Positions 21,601 to 32,017 of a stretch of 64,000 nucleotides of DNA are shown here, one piece after another. Source of the stretch: Gammaproteobacteria bacterium (lineage in GTDB: Bacteria > Pseudomonadota > Gammaproteobacteria > Eutrophobiales > Eutrophobiaceae); NCBI GenBank assembly GCA_965116495.1, contig OZ220696.1, positions 2,112,001-2,176,000 on the forward strand. Direction: 5' to 3'. The notes under the pieces were generated by a model. It was not told the DNA's origin and ran no database searches. It saw only the letters and a list, made by a program, of their open reading frames with translations. Each line of letters begins with the position of its first letter. The first letter of the stretch is position 1. Both the position numbers and the translations under genes were made by a program.

Positions 21601-22224
21601 ATGATGAACGGCATTATCACCCTGACGGGTTATGCGCAGGCGTTACTTGACAAGATCAGGAAATACCTGGAATTCGTTGGTCCCGTGTTACTCAGGTTGT
21701 ACCTCGTCCCCGTGTTCTGGGTAGCGGGCAATAACAAATGGAACCCGCTTGACGAAGACAGTTCGCTGGCCTCTGTAATAGAGTGGTTCGGTAATGCCGA
21801 ATGGGGCCTGGGACTGCCGTTTCCCGCCCTGAACGCCTACATGGCCTGGGGCGCGGAATATTTCGGCGCCATCCTGCTGGCCCTGGGCCTGGCAACCCGC
21901 TGGGTTTGCATCCCGCTCATGGTGACCATGGTTGTCGCCATGTCAACGGTGCATATCAGTCACGGCTGGCAAGCTGTTCATGACCTGAGCAGCCCATACC
22001 CCTCTGCCGACGCCGGCGAGGCGCTGGAGCGTCTGGCCCGGGCAAAAAGCATTTTAAAGGAGCATGGGAATTACAACTGGTTGACGGAGCATGGCAATTT
22101 CATTGTCTCGAATAACGGCATCGAATGGGCGGCAACTTACTTCATCATGCTCGCAGCCCTGTTTTTTCTGGGAGGCGGCAGGTATATCAGCGTGGATTAC
22201 TGGATCAGGCGCAGGTTCAATTAA
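21601..22224 (+). CDS. Long-form DoxX family membrane protein (HvfX-like)
   Basis: LRLYLVPVFW, WFGNAEWGLGLPFP, HGNYNWLTE, NNGIE; AGGAG RBS before ATG 21601. Confidence 0.8.
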   Translation: MMNGIITLTGYAQALLDKIRKYLEFVGPVLLRLYLVPVFWVAGNNKWNPLDEDSSLASVIEWFGNAEWGLGLPFPALNAYMAWGAEYFGAILLALGLATRWVCIPLMVTMVVAMSTVHISHGWQAVHDLSSPYPSADAGEALERLARAKSILKEHGNYNWLTEHGNFIVSNNGIEWAATYFIMLAALFFLGGGRYISVDYWIRRRFN

Positions 22225-22311
22225 TAAAACCGGGCACTTTATCCCTAAAAAGACCCCTTTAAGCCCATTTATAGTCCCGTTTCAGAATTTATCCATAATA
22301 TAATCAAGGGG

Positions 22312-23181
22312 TTATCCAGAGTCATGCTGGTCCGACCCCCCTGTCCCTGTCAGGGTTACTGCAAGGTTGTAGATTTCGTTCCTGCTGCCGCCGGTCAACT
22401 CGGTTGCTATCTGCACGCTCTGTTTCAGGGTCAGGGATTTGAGTAATACACTCAGCATGGATGCCAGTTCAGGCGTGTCGATCTTTTTTCTGCCGGCTCC
22501 GGCAATGATGATGACAAATTCACCCCTGCCCTGGTCCGGGTCATGATTTATCCAATCGATCAATCCACCCAGTGTGTCGCGGCGTATGGTTTCAAATTTT
22601 TTAGTCAGTTCCCGGGCGATGGACGCTTCCCTGTCCGGGCCGAAGATTGACGCGGCATCGGCCAAAAAAGCTTTTATCCTGTGAGGGGCTTCATAAAAAA
22701 TCATGGTATGGTCCGCGTCGGCCAGTTTTTGCAGGTGTTTGAACCGAGTCTCCGCCTTACTCGGGGTGAAACCTTCAAACAGGAACCTCCCGGGAGCGAT
22801 GCCGGCTGTCGACAAGGCCGCGATCAATGCCGTCGGACCGGGAACGGGAGACACGGGAATGTTCTCAGTGTGGGCTTGCCTGACCAGCTTGAAACCGGGG
22901 TCGCTGATCAGCGGCGTACCGGCATCGGCTACCAGGGCAACATTGCCTCCGGCGGCAAGCCGGCTGATTACCTTTGGCGTCATGGTCTCCTCGTTATTCC
23001 CATGGTAGGCGAGCAACGCAGTTTTAATATTGTAGGCATTCAATAACTTCCGGCTGTGGCGGGTGTCTTCCGCCAGGATCAGATCAACTGTGGAAAGGAT
23101 TCTTTCCGCACGCCGGCTCAGATCTTCAAGATTGCCGATTGGTGTTGCCACGATAAATAAGGTGCCCGGTTCAGTTGGCAT
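22312..23181 (-). CDS. rsmI: 16S rRNA Cm1402 methyltransferase
   Basis: VATPIGNLED, AEDTR, DAGTPLISDPG, ARELTKKFE. Confidence 0.97.
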   Translation of the reverse strand: MPTEPGTLFIVATPIGNLEDLSRRAERILSTVDLILAEDTRHSRKLLNAYNIKTALLAYHGNNEETMTPKVISRLAAGGNVALVADAGTPLISDPGFKLVRQAHTENIPVSPVPGPTALIAALSTAGIAPGRFLFEGFTPSKAETRFKHLQKLADADHTMIFYEAPHRIKAFLADAASIFGPDREASIARELTKKFETIRRDTLGGLIDWINHDPDQGRGEFVIIIAGAGRKKIDTPELASMLSVLLKSLTLKQSVQIATELTGGSRNEIYNLAVTLTGTGGSDQHDSG

Positions 23182-23215
23182 GACATACTCCACTTTTTCG
23201 CTATAGAATAAGCGT

Positions 23216-25075
23216 ATGCGCGCTACATTCAAAATCCTGCTCATAATCCTGTTGTTACATGGCTGTACGCCGGGGGTCAGGAAAGCTGCGGTAGTCGTTG
23301 ACCCGGAAATGGAAATCAGGCAGTTACTGAGTAACGGCCAATATCCGGACGCCGTCGCGGAATACCGGCGCCTGGCGGAATTATACCCGGACAAATCCGA
23401 TTCCTATCATTTACAGGCTGCAGCAATCCTGCTGTCATTGGAGCGACCGGCAGAGGCAGGTGAATTATTATCCGGAACAAATCCGCAGGATACGGACAAC
23501 AATACGTTGAAGACGCTCCTGCAAGCCGAACTCCACTTGCACTACAAGCAACCCGGAACTGCATTGGAACTCCTGTCGCGGGACTTGCCGGCCACCGCCC
23601 CGGCTTCACTCCAGGCGCGGCGCCATCGATTAAGCGCGCTTGCCCATGAACAGCTTGCAGACTTTATCAACGCGGCTGAAGCACGCCTCAGTTATAACAC
23701 CTGGTTACTGCAGGATGCCGGCAAGAAGGCCAATACGGCGAAGATCTGGGAAGACCTGAACATGGCCGAGAAGGATGACCTGCGGGAGGCCCACCGCGCA
23801 GACCCCCAGGCATTGTCGGGCTGGCTGGAGCTTGCGCTTATCAATCGGACCATGTTGGCTGATCCTGAGACATTGTCCCGCGCGCTGGAGGCCTGGCAGG
23901 ACAGGTATCCCGCGCATCCCGCCAACCAGGCCATCATCGGGCAAATTCGCGCGGCCGGCCAACGCCACCACCTGGAACCCCGCCGGATTGCTCTGCTATT
24001 GCCCTTGCGCGGGGGTTACCGGAGAGCTGCCGAGGCAATCAGGGACGGCTTTATTACCGCCTGGTATAACTCGGACCAGGACAGACCCCCGGTTAAAATA
24101 TACGAGGCAAACTCGCTGAACGTTGAGCAGGCCTATACACAGGCCGTGACGGACGGCGCGGATATCATTGTCGGCCCACTGGAAAAACAGGCACTGACAA
24201 AGTTGTCATCTTCGGCCAGCCTGCCGGTGCCCACACTGGCCTTGAACCAGATACAGCCTGTGCCTGACATGGCCGCAGGCGCTGATGGAAATACGATCCC
24301 GCACCTGATGCAGTTCGGACTGTCTCCGGAAGATGAGGCGCGCCAGGCGGCAGAACGGGCTTTTGCAGACGGGCACACCAGGGCCCTGGTCATTATTCCG
24401 AATGACCGGTGGGGCCGGCGCCTGTACGGCGCATTCCGGGAAAACTGGTCTGAACTGGGCGGAAAAATACTGGAAACAATTGATTATGACCCTCAGAGTA
24501 ACGATTATTCCGCTCCGGTCAAACAGTTGTTGAACGTGGACAGCAGTGAATTCCGGGTGCAACGACTCCGGCAGGCGCTAAACAGGAAACTGGAAAACCA
24601 CACCCGCCGGCGCCGTGATGCGGACGTGATTTTCATGGCCGCATTTCCCATTGCCGGACGCCAGATCATGCCGCAGCTACGCTTCCACGATGCCGGGCAA
24701 ATTCCCGTTTATGCAACCTCGCATATCTTTACCGGCAGCGCCAATCCACAGGCCGATATGGATATGGACGACGTCATTTTTCCCGACCTGCCCTGGATTC
24801 TTTTTCCCCATGATGAAAGCTCATCGATAAAGTCCATCATCAGCCGTAATTTTCGGGCCGATACATCCGCTTACCAGCGTTTATATGCATTGGGGGTGGA
24901 TGCCTTTCATCTCATCCCGTATCTTTCCCGTCTGGCGTTTGATGATGAGGCTGGTTTCAATGGGGAAACGGGGTTTCTCAGCATGTCCGGGGACGGCCGC
25001 ATCAACAGAAAATTACCCTGGGCTAAAATTATCAACGGCAAACCGGAATTACTTGAAGCCCATGGGGGGAGATAA
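23216..25075 (+). CDS. lpoA: PBP activator lipoprotein LpoA/LppC
   Basis: Lipobox LHGC, TPR-like N-terminus, IALLLPL, IIVGPL, RLYALGVDA; divergent from rsmI. Confidence 0.9.
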   Translation: MRATFKILLIILLLHGCTPGVRKAAVVVDPEMEIRQLLSNGQYPDAVAEYRRLAELYPDKSDSYHLQAAAILLSLERPAEAGELLSGTNPQDTDNNTLKTLLQAELHLHYKQPGTALELLSRDLPATAPASLQARRHRLSALAHEQLADFINAAEARLSYNTWLLQDAGKKANTAKIWEDLNMAEKDDLREAHRADPQALSGWLELALINRTMLADPETLSRALEAWQDRYPAHPANQAIIGQIRAAGQRHHLEPRRIALLLPLRGGYRRAAEAIRDGFITAWYNSDQDRPPVKIYEANSLNVEQAYTQAVTDGADIIVGPLEKQALTKLSSSASLPVPTLALNQIQPVPDMAAGADGNTIPHLMQFGLSPEDEARQAAERAFADGHTRALVIIPNDRWGRRLYGAFRENWSELGGKILETIDYDPQSNDYSAPVKQLLNVDSSEFRVQRLRQALNRKLENHTRRRRDADVIFMAAFPIAGRQIMPQLRFHDAGQIPVYATSHIFTGSANPQADMDMDDVIFPDLPWILFPHDESSSIKSIISRNFRADTSAYQRLYALGVDAFHLIPYLSRLAFDDEAGFNGETGFLSMSGDGRINRKLPWAKIINGKPELLEAHGGR

Positions 25076-25430
25076 TTCCCGGGCTGAATTCGGCCGGATG
25101 GCCGAGAACCTGGCTTTGCATTACCTGCAAAATCACGGCCTGACTCTGCTGCAGCGTAACTATCGCTCCCGGTTCGGTGAGATTGACTTGATCATGCAGG
25201 AAAAGAATACCATTATATTCATAGAAGTCAGGTCGAGAAAAAACAGTGCTTTTTTACATCCGGCTGAGACTGTTGATTGTACAAAGAGAAACAAAATCAG
25301 GAAAACCAGCCAGGTCTTTATGCAGCAAACATCCGCAGGCAACCGGTTCAACTGGCGTTTTGACGTCATCACGTTGACTGGCAACAGGGCAAGCGGCATG
25401 AAGATCGAGTGGTTCAAGGCGGCATTTTAG
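25062..25430 (+). CDS. yraN: YraN family endonuclease-fold protein
   Basis: RNYRSRFGEIDLIM, FIEVRSR, RFDVI. Confidence 0.93.
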   Translation: MGGDNSRAEFGRMAENLALHYLQNHGLTLLQRNYRSRFGEIDLIMQEKNTIIFIEVRSRKNSAFLHPAETVDCTKRNKIRKTSQVFMQQTSAGNRFNWRFDVITLTGNRASGMKIEWFKAAF

Positions 25431-25550
25431 CCCAGATATTGCACCAGTTCGCTTGTAAGAGGACTAGATTTTCATACGATCAAATAGTTATATGGCTAAT
25501 CCTTACATTTGTTCCGTTACAGACTACGCTGGATGCGCCCTCGCTTGTCT

Positions 25551-27073
<1,523 letters not shown>

Positions 27074-27085
27074 AACCCGAATTTT

Positions 27086-27156
27086 GGGGTCAGAGTTAAA
27101 ATACAGTCATATGCAGTTGTTGCCGGTTTATTCCAGAGTATTTTTACTCTGACCCC
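27086..27156. repeat. GGGGTCAGAGT-type inverted repeat
   Basis: GGGGTCAGAGTTAAAATAC (27086-27104) pairs with GTATTTTTACTCTGACCCC (27138-27156) at 18 of 19 positions. Confidence 0.85.
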
Positions 27157-27165
27157 GGATATTCG

Positions 27166-27804
27166 TCAGGCCGTCAGACGCTCACTCATCTCGCGTTCCG
27201 GCTCGGACATGCTGGACTGGAACGCGTCGCGTTCAAACAGCGATTCTGCATATCTGCGCAATGCCCTGGCGCTGGCGGGCAACCGGATACCGTAGGCTTC
27301 CAGACGCCACAACAACGGCGCCATAAAGCAGTCCACTAACGTATATTCCTCGGACATAAAATAAGGCATTTGAGAGAATGCGGGATCGATTGCCAACAAG
27401 CTGGTGCGCAGGTTTCTCCTGGCGCCTGCTGCGGCAATTTCATTTTCACTGTCCAGTTCTTCAGCCAGGTTATACAGGTCCCGCATAATCCGAAATCTCA
27501 ACTGCCTGTTAACGGCGCGGGACATGGGATCGACCGGCATCAACGGTGGGTGTGGGAAGCGTTCATCCAGGTATTCCAATATGATCTGGACATCATACAA
27601 GGTAAGTTCCCGGTCTACCAGGGTGGGAACCGTGCCGTATGGATTTAACTCCGCCAGTTCTTCGGGAATAGTGTCCTCGTGAATATATTTGATCTCCGTA
27701 TCGATGTCTTTTTCCGCCAGTACCAGGCGTACACAGTGACAGAGCGGACCGGTCCTGTCTGAATACAGGACCATCACCGGACCGCCGTTAAGTAAGGTAA
27801 TCAT
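27166..27804 (-). CDS. sspA: Stringent starvation protein A (GST fold)
   Basis: VRLVLAEK, LNPYGTVPTLVDREL, EYLDERFPHPPLMPV; follows petC. Confidence 0.95.
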   Translation of the reverse strand: MITLLNGGPVMVLYSDRTGPLCHCVRLVLAEKDIDTEIKYIHEDTIPEELAELNPYGTVPTLVDRELTLYDVQIILEYLDERFPHPPLMPVDPMSRAVNRQLRFRIMRDLYNLAEELDSENEIAAAGARRNLRTSLLAIDPAFSQMPYFMSEEYTLVDCFMAPLLWRLEAYGIRLPASARALRRYAESLFERDAFQSSMSEPEREMSERLTA

Positions 27805-27811
27805 TTGAAGT

Positions 27812-28576
27812 TCAATGTACGTCGCGCCAGTATTCCCGCTTGAGCAGGTAGACGATTACCAGTAACACCAGCAGGTAGGTTATCGTCCAGGCGCCGATTG
27901 TCTTGCGTTTAAGTTTGATGGGTTCACCAAGGTAAACCATAAAATTTACCAGGTCGCTGACCGTCTCCTCGTAGCTTTCATCCTGGTAGGGTTTCGGCTT
28001 GTCGACTGCTTCGGTCACGAGCTCCAGGGAGTCGATTACCCTGCTTATCCTGCCGTCGTCCCGGTGGGTCACTTCCTTGTACACAGGCTCCTGCCAGCCC
28101 TGTAACTGCCAGAGCACATGCGGCATTGCGGTGTCCTCAAAGGCCAGGTTGTTGACACCGGTGGGTCGGGATGGGTCCCTATAAAACGTCATCAGGTAAG
28201 TATACAACCAGTCAGCGCCGCGGGAACGGGCAGTAACGGACAGGTCGGGCGGAGTGATGCCGAAATATTTTTCCGCTTCCCGCCTATTCAAGGCAATAGT
28301 CATGGTGTCACCCGATTTGTCCGTCCCGAACATGAAATTATCTTTCAGGACGTCCTCGCTGATGTGCAGGTCCCGGCCCAGGCGATTGTAGCGCATAAAC
28401 GAGGCTGAATGACAACTGAGGCAATAGTTTACGAAGGTACGGGCGCCGCGCTGCAGTGATTTCCTGTCGGACAGGTCTACATCCATGTGCATCATGTGGC
28501 CGTTGTTGACGGCAGGCCAGCATGGAGCAGTCATCAGCAGCGGCAAAATGGTACCGAATAGAGCGCGCTTGTTCAT
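27812..28576 (-). CDS. petC: Cytochrome c1
   Basis: SLQRGA, CLSCH haem motif, PPDLS, MPHVL, C-terminal TM with EYWRDVH. Confidence 0.97.
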   Translation of the reverse strand: MNKRALFGTILPLLMTAPCWPAVNNGHMMHMDVDLSDRKSLQRGARTFVNYCLSCHSASFMRYNRLGRDLHISEDVLKDNFMFGTDKSGDTMTIALNRREAEKYFGITPPDLSVTARSRGADWLYTYLMTFYRDPSRPTGVNNLAFEDTAMPHVLWQLQGWQEPVYKEVTHRDDGRISRVIDSLELVTEAVDKPKPYQDESYEETVSDLVNFMVYLGEPIKLKRKTIGAWTITYLLVLLVIVYLLKREYWRDVH

Positions 28577-29793
28577 GTCACCCTGTCCGGTACGGGTTTA
28601 TCCTTATCGGAGCTGGTGTAAATCGGCATCAACAGGAAAAACAGGAAATAGATCAGTGTAAACAGGCGCGCCATCCAGGTGTAACCCGTCGTGGCGGGTT
28701 GCAGCCCCAGCCAGCCCAGCATGATAAAACTGACCGTGAACAAGGCCAGGGCAGACTTGTATTTCCAGCCCCGGTAACGGATGGACTTGACCGGGCTCCG
28801 GTCCAGCCAGGGCAGAAAACAGAACAACAGCGTTGCCGCGCCCATGGCCACGACACCGCCGAACTGGCTCGGTATGGCCCGCAGAATGGCGTAGAACGGC
28901 GTGAAATACCACACCGGCGCGATGTGTTCCGGTGTCTTCAGCGGGTCTGCGGGAATAAAATTATTTGCTTCGAGAAAATAGCCGCCCATTTCCGGCGTGA
29001 AAAATACAACCGCACAAAAAATGATTAAAAAGACCACCACCCCGACGATATCCTTGACCGTGTAATAAGGATGAAAGGGAATGCCGTCCAACGGGATGCC
29101 ACCGGCATCCTTGTGATTCTTTATTTCAACTCCATCCGGATTATTCGAACCGACCTCGTGCAGGGCGATCAGGTGCGCGCCGACCAGGCCGCACAACACC
29201 AGCGGGAAGGCGATGACGTGCAGGGAGAAAAACCGGTTCAGGGTCACGTCGGACACGACGAAATCACCCCGTATCCACAGGGCAAGCTCGTCTCCGACAA
29301 CCGGCAATGCGCCAAACAGCGAGATGATTACCTGCGCGCCCCAGTAAGACATCTGTCCCCACGGCAACAGGTAGCCGAAGAATGCCTCGCCCATGAGGGT
29401 GAAGTAGATGAGCATGCCGATGATCCAGAGCAACTCCCTGGGCCGCTTGTAGGAACCGTACAGCATGGCCCGGTACATGTGCAGGTAGATCACGATAAAG
29501 AACGCTGAGGCGCCGGTAGAGTGCATGTAACGTATCCACCAGCCCCACTCCACATCGCGCATGATGTACTCGACCGAGGCAAACGCGAGTTCCGCGGACG
29601 GTTTGTAATTCATCGTCAACCAGATCCCGGTAACAATCTGGATCACCAGGACGAACAGGGCCAATGAGCCGAAGAAATACCAGAAATTAAAATTTTTCGG
29701 GGCGTAATACCGGGCCAGGTGGTCGTTCCACAACTGTAGCAGCGGAAAGCGCGCGTCCACCCAGTCGCGCAACGCGGTTAACCGTTTAATCAT
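28573..29793 (-). CDS. petB: Cytochrome b
   Basis: RYMHSTGAS, LPWGQMSYWGA, PVWY Qo motif. Confidence 0.98.
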   Translation of the reverse strand: MIKRLTALRDWVDARFPLLQLWNDHLARYYAPKNFNFWYFFGSLALFVLVIQIVTGIWLTMNYKPSAELAFASVEYIMRDVEWGWWIRYMHSTGASAFFIVIYLHMYRAMLYGSYKRPRELLWIIGMLIYFTLMGEAFFGYLLPWGQMSYWGAQVIISLFGALPVVGDELALWIRGDFVVSDVTLNRFFSLHVIAFPLVLCGLVGAHLIALHEVGSNNPDGVEIKNHKDAGGIPLDGIPFHPYYTVKDIVGVVVFLIIFCAVVFFTPEMGGYFLEANNFIPADPLKTPEHIAPVWYFTPFYAILRAIPSQFGGVVAMGAATLLFCFLPWLDRSPVKSIRYRGWKYKSALALFTVSFIMLGWLGLQPATTGYTWMARLFTLIYFLFFLLMPIYTSSDKDKPVPDRVT

Positions 29794-30395
29794 GACTGGG
29801 CGGCACCCGAATCATCGCCGATCAATACCCGGGTATCGCTAAGGTACTGGTGCGGCGGCACCACCAGGTTGGTGGGCGCAGGCACACCTTTGAAAACCCT
29901 GCCGGCCAGGTCAAAACGGCTGCCGTGACAGGGGCAGAAAAACCCTCCCTGCCAGTCTTCGCCGAGCTGGTGGGTTTCACCTTCCCCTTTTCTTGCGTAA
30001 ACGGGGGAACATCCCAGGTGGGTACAGATCCCCAGCACGATCAGGTATTCCGCGCGTTGTGAACGGTACTCGTTCCTGGCATAAAACGGTTGTTGTTCGG
30101 CTTTCGACGCCGGGTCCTTTACATCCTCATCCAACGCGTTGAGTTCATCTATGGCTGCCTCGTTGCGGCGCAGGATCCAGACCGGTTTGCCGCGCCACTT
30201 GACTATTTTTCGCTCCCCGAACTCCAGATCACCGATATCGACCTCAATCGGGGCGCCGATTGCCCTGGCCCTGGCGCTGGGCGTCAATGTAGATACGAAC
30301 GGCACACTGGTTGCCAGCGCGCCGGCCCCGCCCACAACGGACGCAGTGGTGGTGAGAAAGCGGCGGCGTTCAGTATTTATTCCCTCGTTCTTCAT
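29790..30395 (-). CDS. petA: Rieske iron-sulfur subunit
   Basis: Tat motif RRRFL, CTHLGC, CPCHGS. Confidence 0.98.
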   Translation of the reverse strand: MKNEGINTERRRFLTTTASVVGGAGALATSVPFVSTLTPSARARAIGAPIEVDIGDLEFGERKIVKWRGKPVWILRRNEAAIDELNALDEDVKDPASKAEQQPFYARNEYRSQRAEYLIVLGICTHLGCSPVYARKGEGETHQLGEDWQGGFFCPCHGSRFDLAGRVFKGVPAPTNLVVPPHQYLSDTRVLIGDDSGAAQS

Positions 30396-30497
30396 TCCGT
30401 ACAACCTCAGACTCGTTGTTGCGTTACAAACTGCTAAAAAAGGGGGGATTATATCATGAACTGTTGAATAACGTGTCGCCTCGGCGACGGCGTTTTG

Positions 30498-30587
30498 ACT
30501 GGATTCCCGCGTGCGCGGAAATGACGAATCTCTTTTACCGCCACTCCCGCACCCCTACCGTCACTCCCGCGAATGCGGGAGTCCAGT
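30498..30587. repeat. CGTC-type REP-like palindrome pair
   Basis: ACTGGATTCCCGCGTGCGCGGAAATGACG (30498-30526) and CGTCACTCCCGCGAATGCGGGAGTCCAGT (30559-30587). Confidence 0.8.
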
Positions 30588-30680
30588 AGACTACTCATCC
30601 CGAAGGGACATCTTATTATTGTCTTACGAGCAGGTTTTATGAGACTATTTGCGGGTGAACCATTCTGATCCGGAAATGAA

Positions 30681-31463
30681 ATGTATCGACACCTGATACC
30701 CTGTATTTGCACACTCCTGCTGCTCGGCGGGTGTGCCTGGTTTGGCGACAAGGACGGTGATGAAGCGAAGAACTGGACGGTGGAACGCCTGTACTCCGAA
30801 GCCAAGGGGGCGCTCGATTCCGGTTATTACAGCAAGGCGGTCGAGTATTATGAATTTCTCGAAACCCGCTTTCCATTCGGAGTTTACGGGCAACAGTCTC
30901 TGCTGGACCTGGCATACGCCTATTACAAGACTGAAGAATTTGATTCGTCCATTGCCGCCTGCGACCGGTTTATTCGTCTCTATCCCCAGAACACTTACGT
31001 CGATTATGCCTATTTCCTGAAGGGACTGGTGAACTTTAACCGCGGAAAAGGCTTGACGGAACGATTTTTACCGATTGATTCGAGCCATCGCGACCAGGGT
31101 TCAGCCCTGACCTCATTCCAGGCTTTTTCCGAACTCCTGGAAAAATATCCCCAGAGCCAGTATGCCGAGGACGCAAAAAAGAGGATGGTGTTCCTGCGCA
31201 ACCGCCTCGCCAAACATGAAATCCACGTAGCAAACTATTATATGAAAAGAGGCGCGTACCTGGCTGCAGTCAACCGGGCAAGGACCGTGGTGGAAACCTA
31301 CCCGCGCACACCTTCGGTACCCGACGCCCTGGTGTTGATGGCCAAGGCCTATAAAGTCCTGGAAATGCCGGACTTGTCCGCGGACACCGTACGCGTGCTG
31401 CAATTAAACTATCCGAACCATCCCGGAATCTACGACGTCAGAGACATCATCGTCGAAGATTAA
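30681..31463 (+). CDS. bamD: Outer membrane assembly lipoprotein BamD
   Basis: Lipobox LGGC, TPRs, RFIRLYP, VDYAYFLKG, YYMKRGAYLAAVNR. Confidence 0.97.
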   Translation: MYRHLIPCICTLLLLGGCAWFGDKDGDEAKNWTVERLYSEAKGALDSGYYSKAVEYYEFLETRFPFGVYGQQSLLDLAYAYYKTEEFDSSIAACDRFIRLYPQNTYVDYAYFLKGLVNFNRGKGLTERFLPIDSSHRDQGSALTSFQAFSELLEKYPQSQYAEDAKKRMVFLRNRLAKHEIHVANYYMKRGAYLAAVNRARTVVETYPRTPSVPDALVLMAKAYKVLEMPDLSADTVRVLQLNYPNHPGIYDVRDIIVED

Positions 31464-31564
31464 TCTGAATTTCCCTAAACGGTTGGTGACCCAAGAACGG
31501 GAACGGGGTCAGTAGCATTAGTTTCTGTACGAATGAAAAAAGCTTGGCTCCTTCGGATTCGCTA

Positions 31565-32017
31565 CTAGTAAATTTCACTTACGGACCTTCGCATGTAGAT
31601 TGTCGGATTGCCGTACATTCCATCGGAAAGCGACTCCGGGCTGAGGTGTTCTATTACCGGCCCCTGCCCCATTTTGCTACGCCAGCGTCCGTTGGGGGTC
31701 TGTAATGCCGCGTGTTCAAATCTACCATGGATTTCGTATAGCGCGACCTTTTCGTAGCCATCTTCGAAGCTACTGTCGTCGCATTGTTCGTATTCCAGTC
31801 CGGCGAATATTTCCTTGAGGCTTGCTATCTTGTTATCGACTGTTGCCCACGGAGGCCAGTAGTCAATTCCGTTAGGCCACCACCAATTGGTTGTATCTCC
31901 GGCAGCATATGCGATGCAGTTATAACGACCTGATGCTTGTTCTACTATCTTGAACCCTTCACTGGACAGCCTTGGAAATGTTTGGGTAAGCGACCGTACC
32001 CAGCTAGGTGTATCCAT
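31565..32017 (-). CDS. Small predicted papain-like Cys/His protein (DUF7689-like), putative toxin
   Basis: YNCIAYA, WWWP, EKVALY, EHAALQ, GRWRSKMG. ATG at 32017 overlaps the last 14 nt of the upstream RM gene. Family name is recalled, not searched. Confidence 0.75.
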   Translation of the reverse strand: MDTPSWVRSLTQTFPRLSSEGFKIVEQASGRYNCIAYAAGDTTNWWWPNGIDYWPPWATVDNKIASLKEIFAGLEYEQCDDSSFEDGYEKVALYEIHGRFEHAALQTPNGRWRSKMGQGPVIEHLSPESLSDGMYGNPTIYMRRSVSEIY

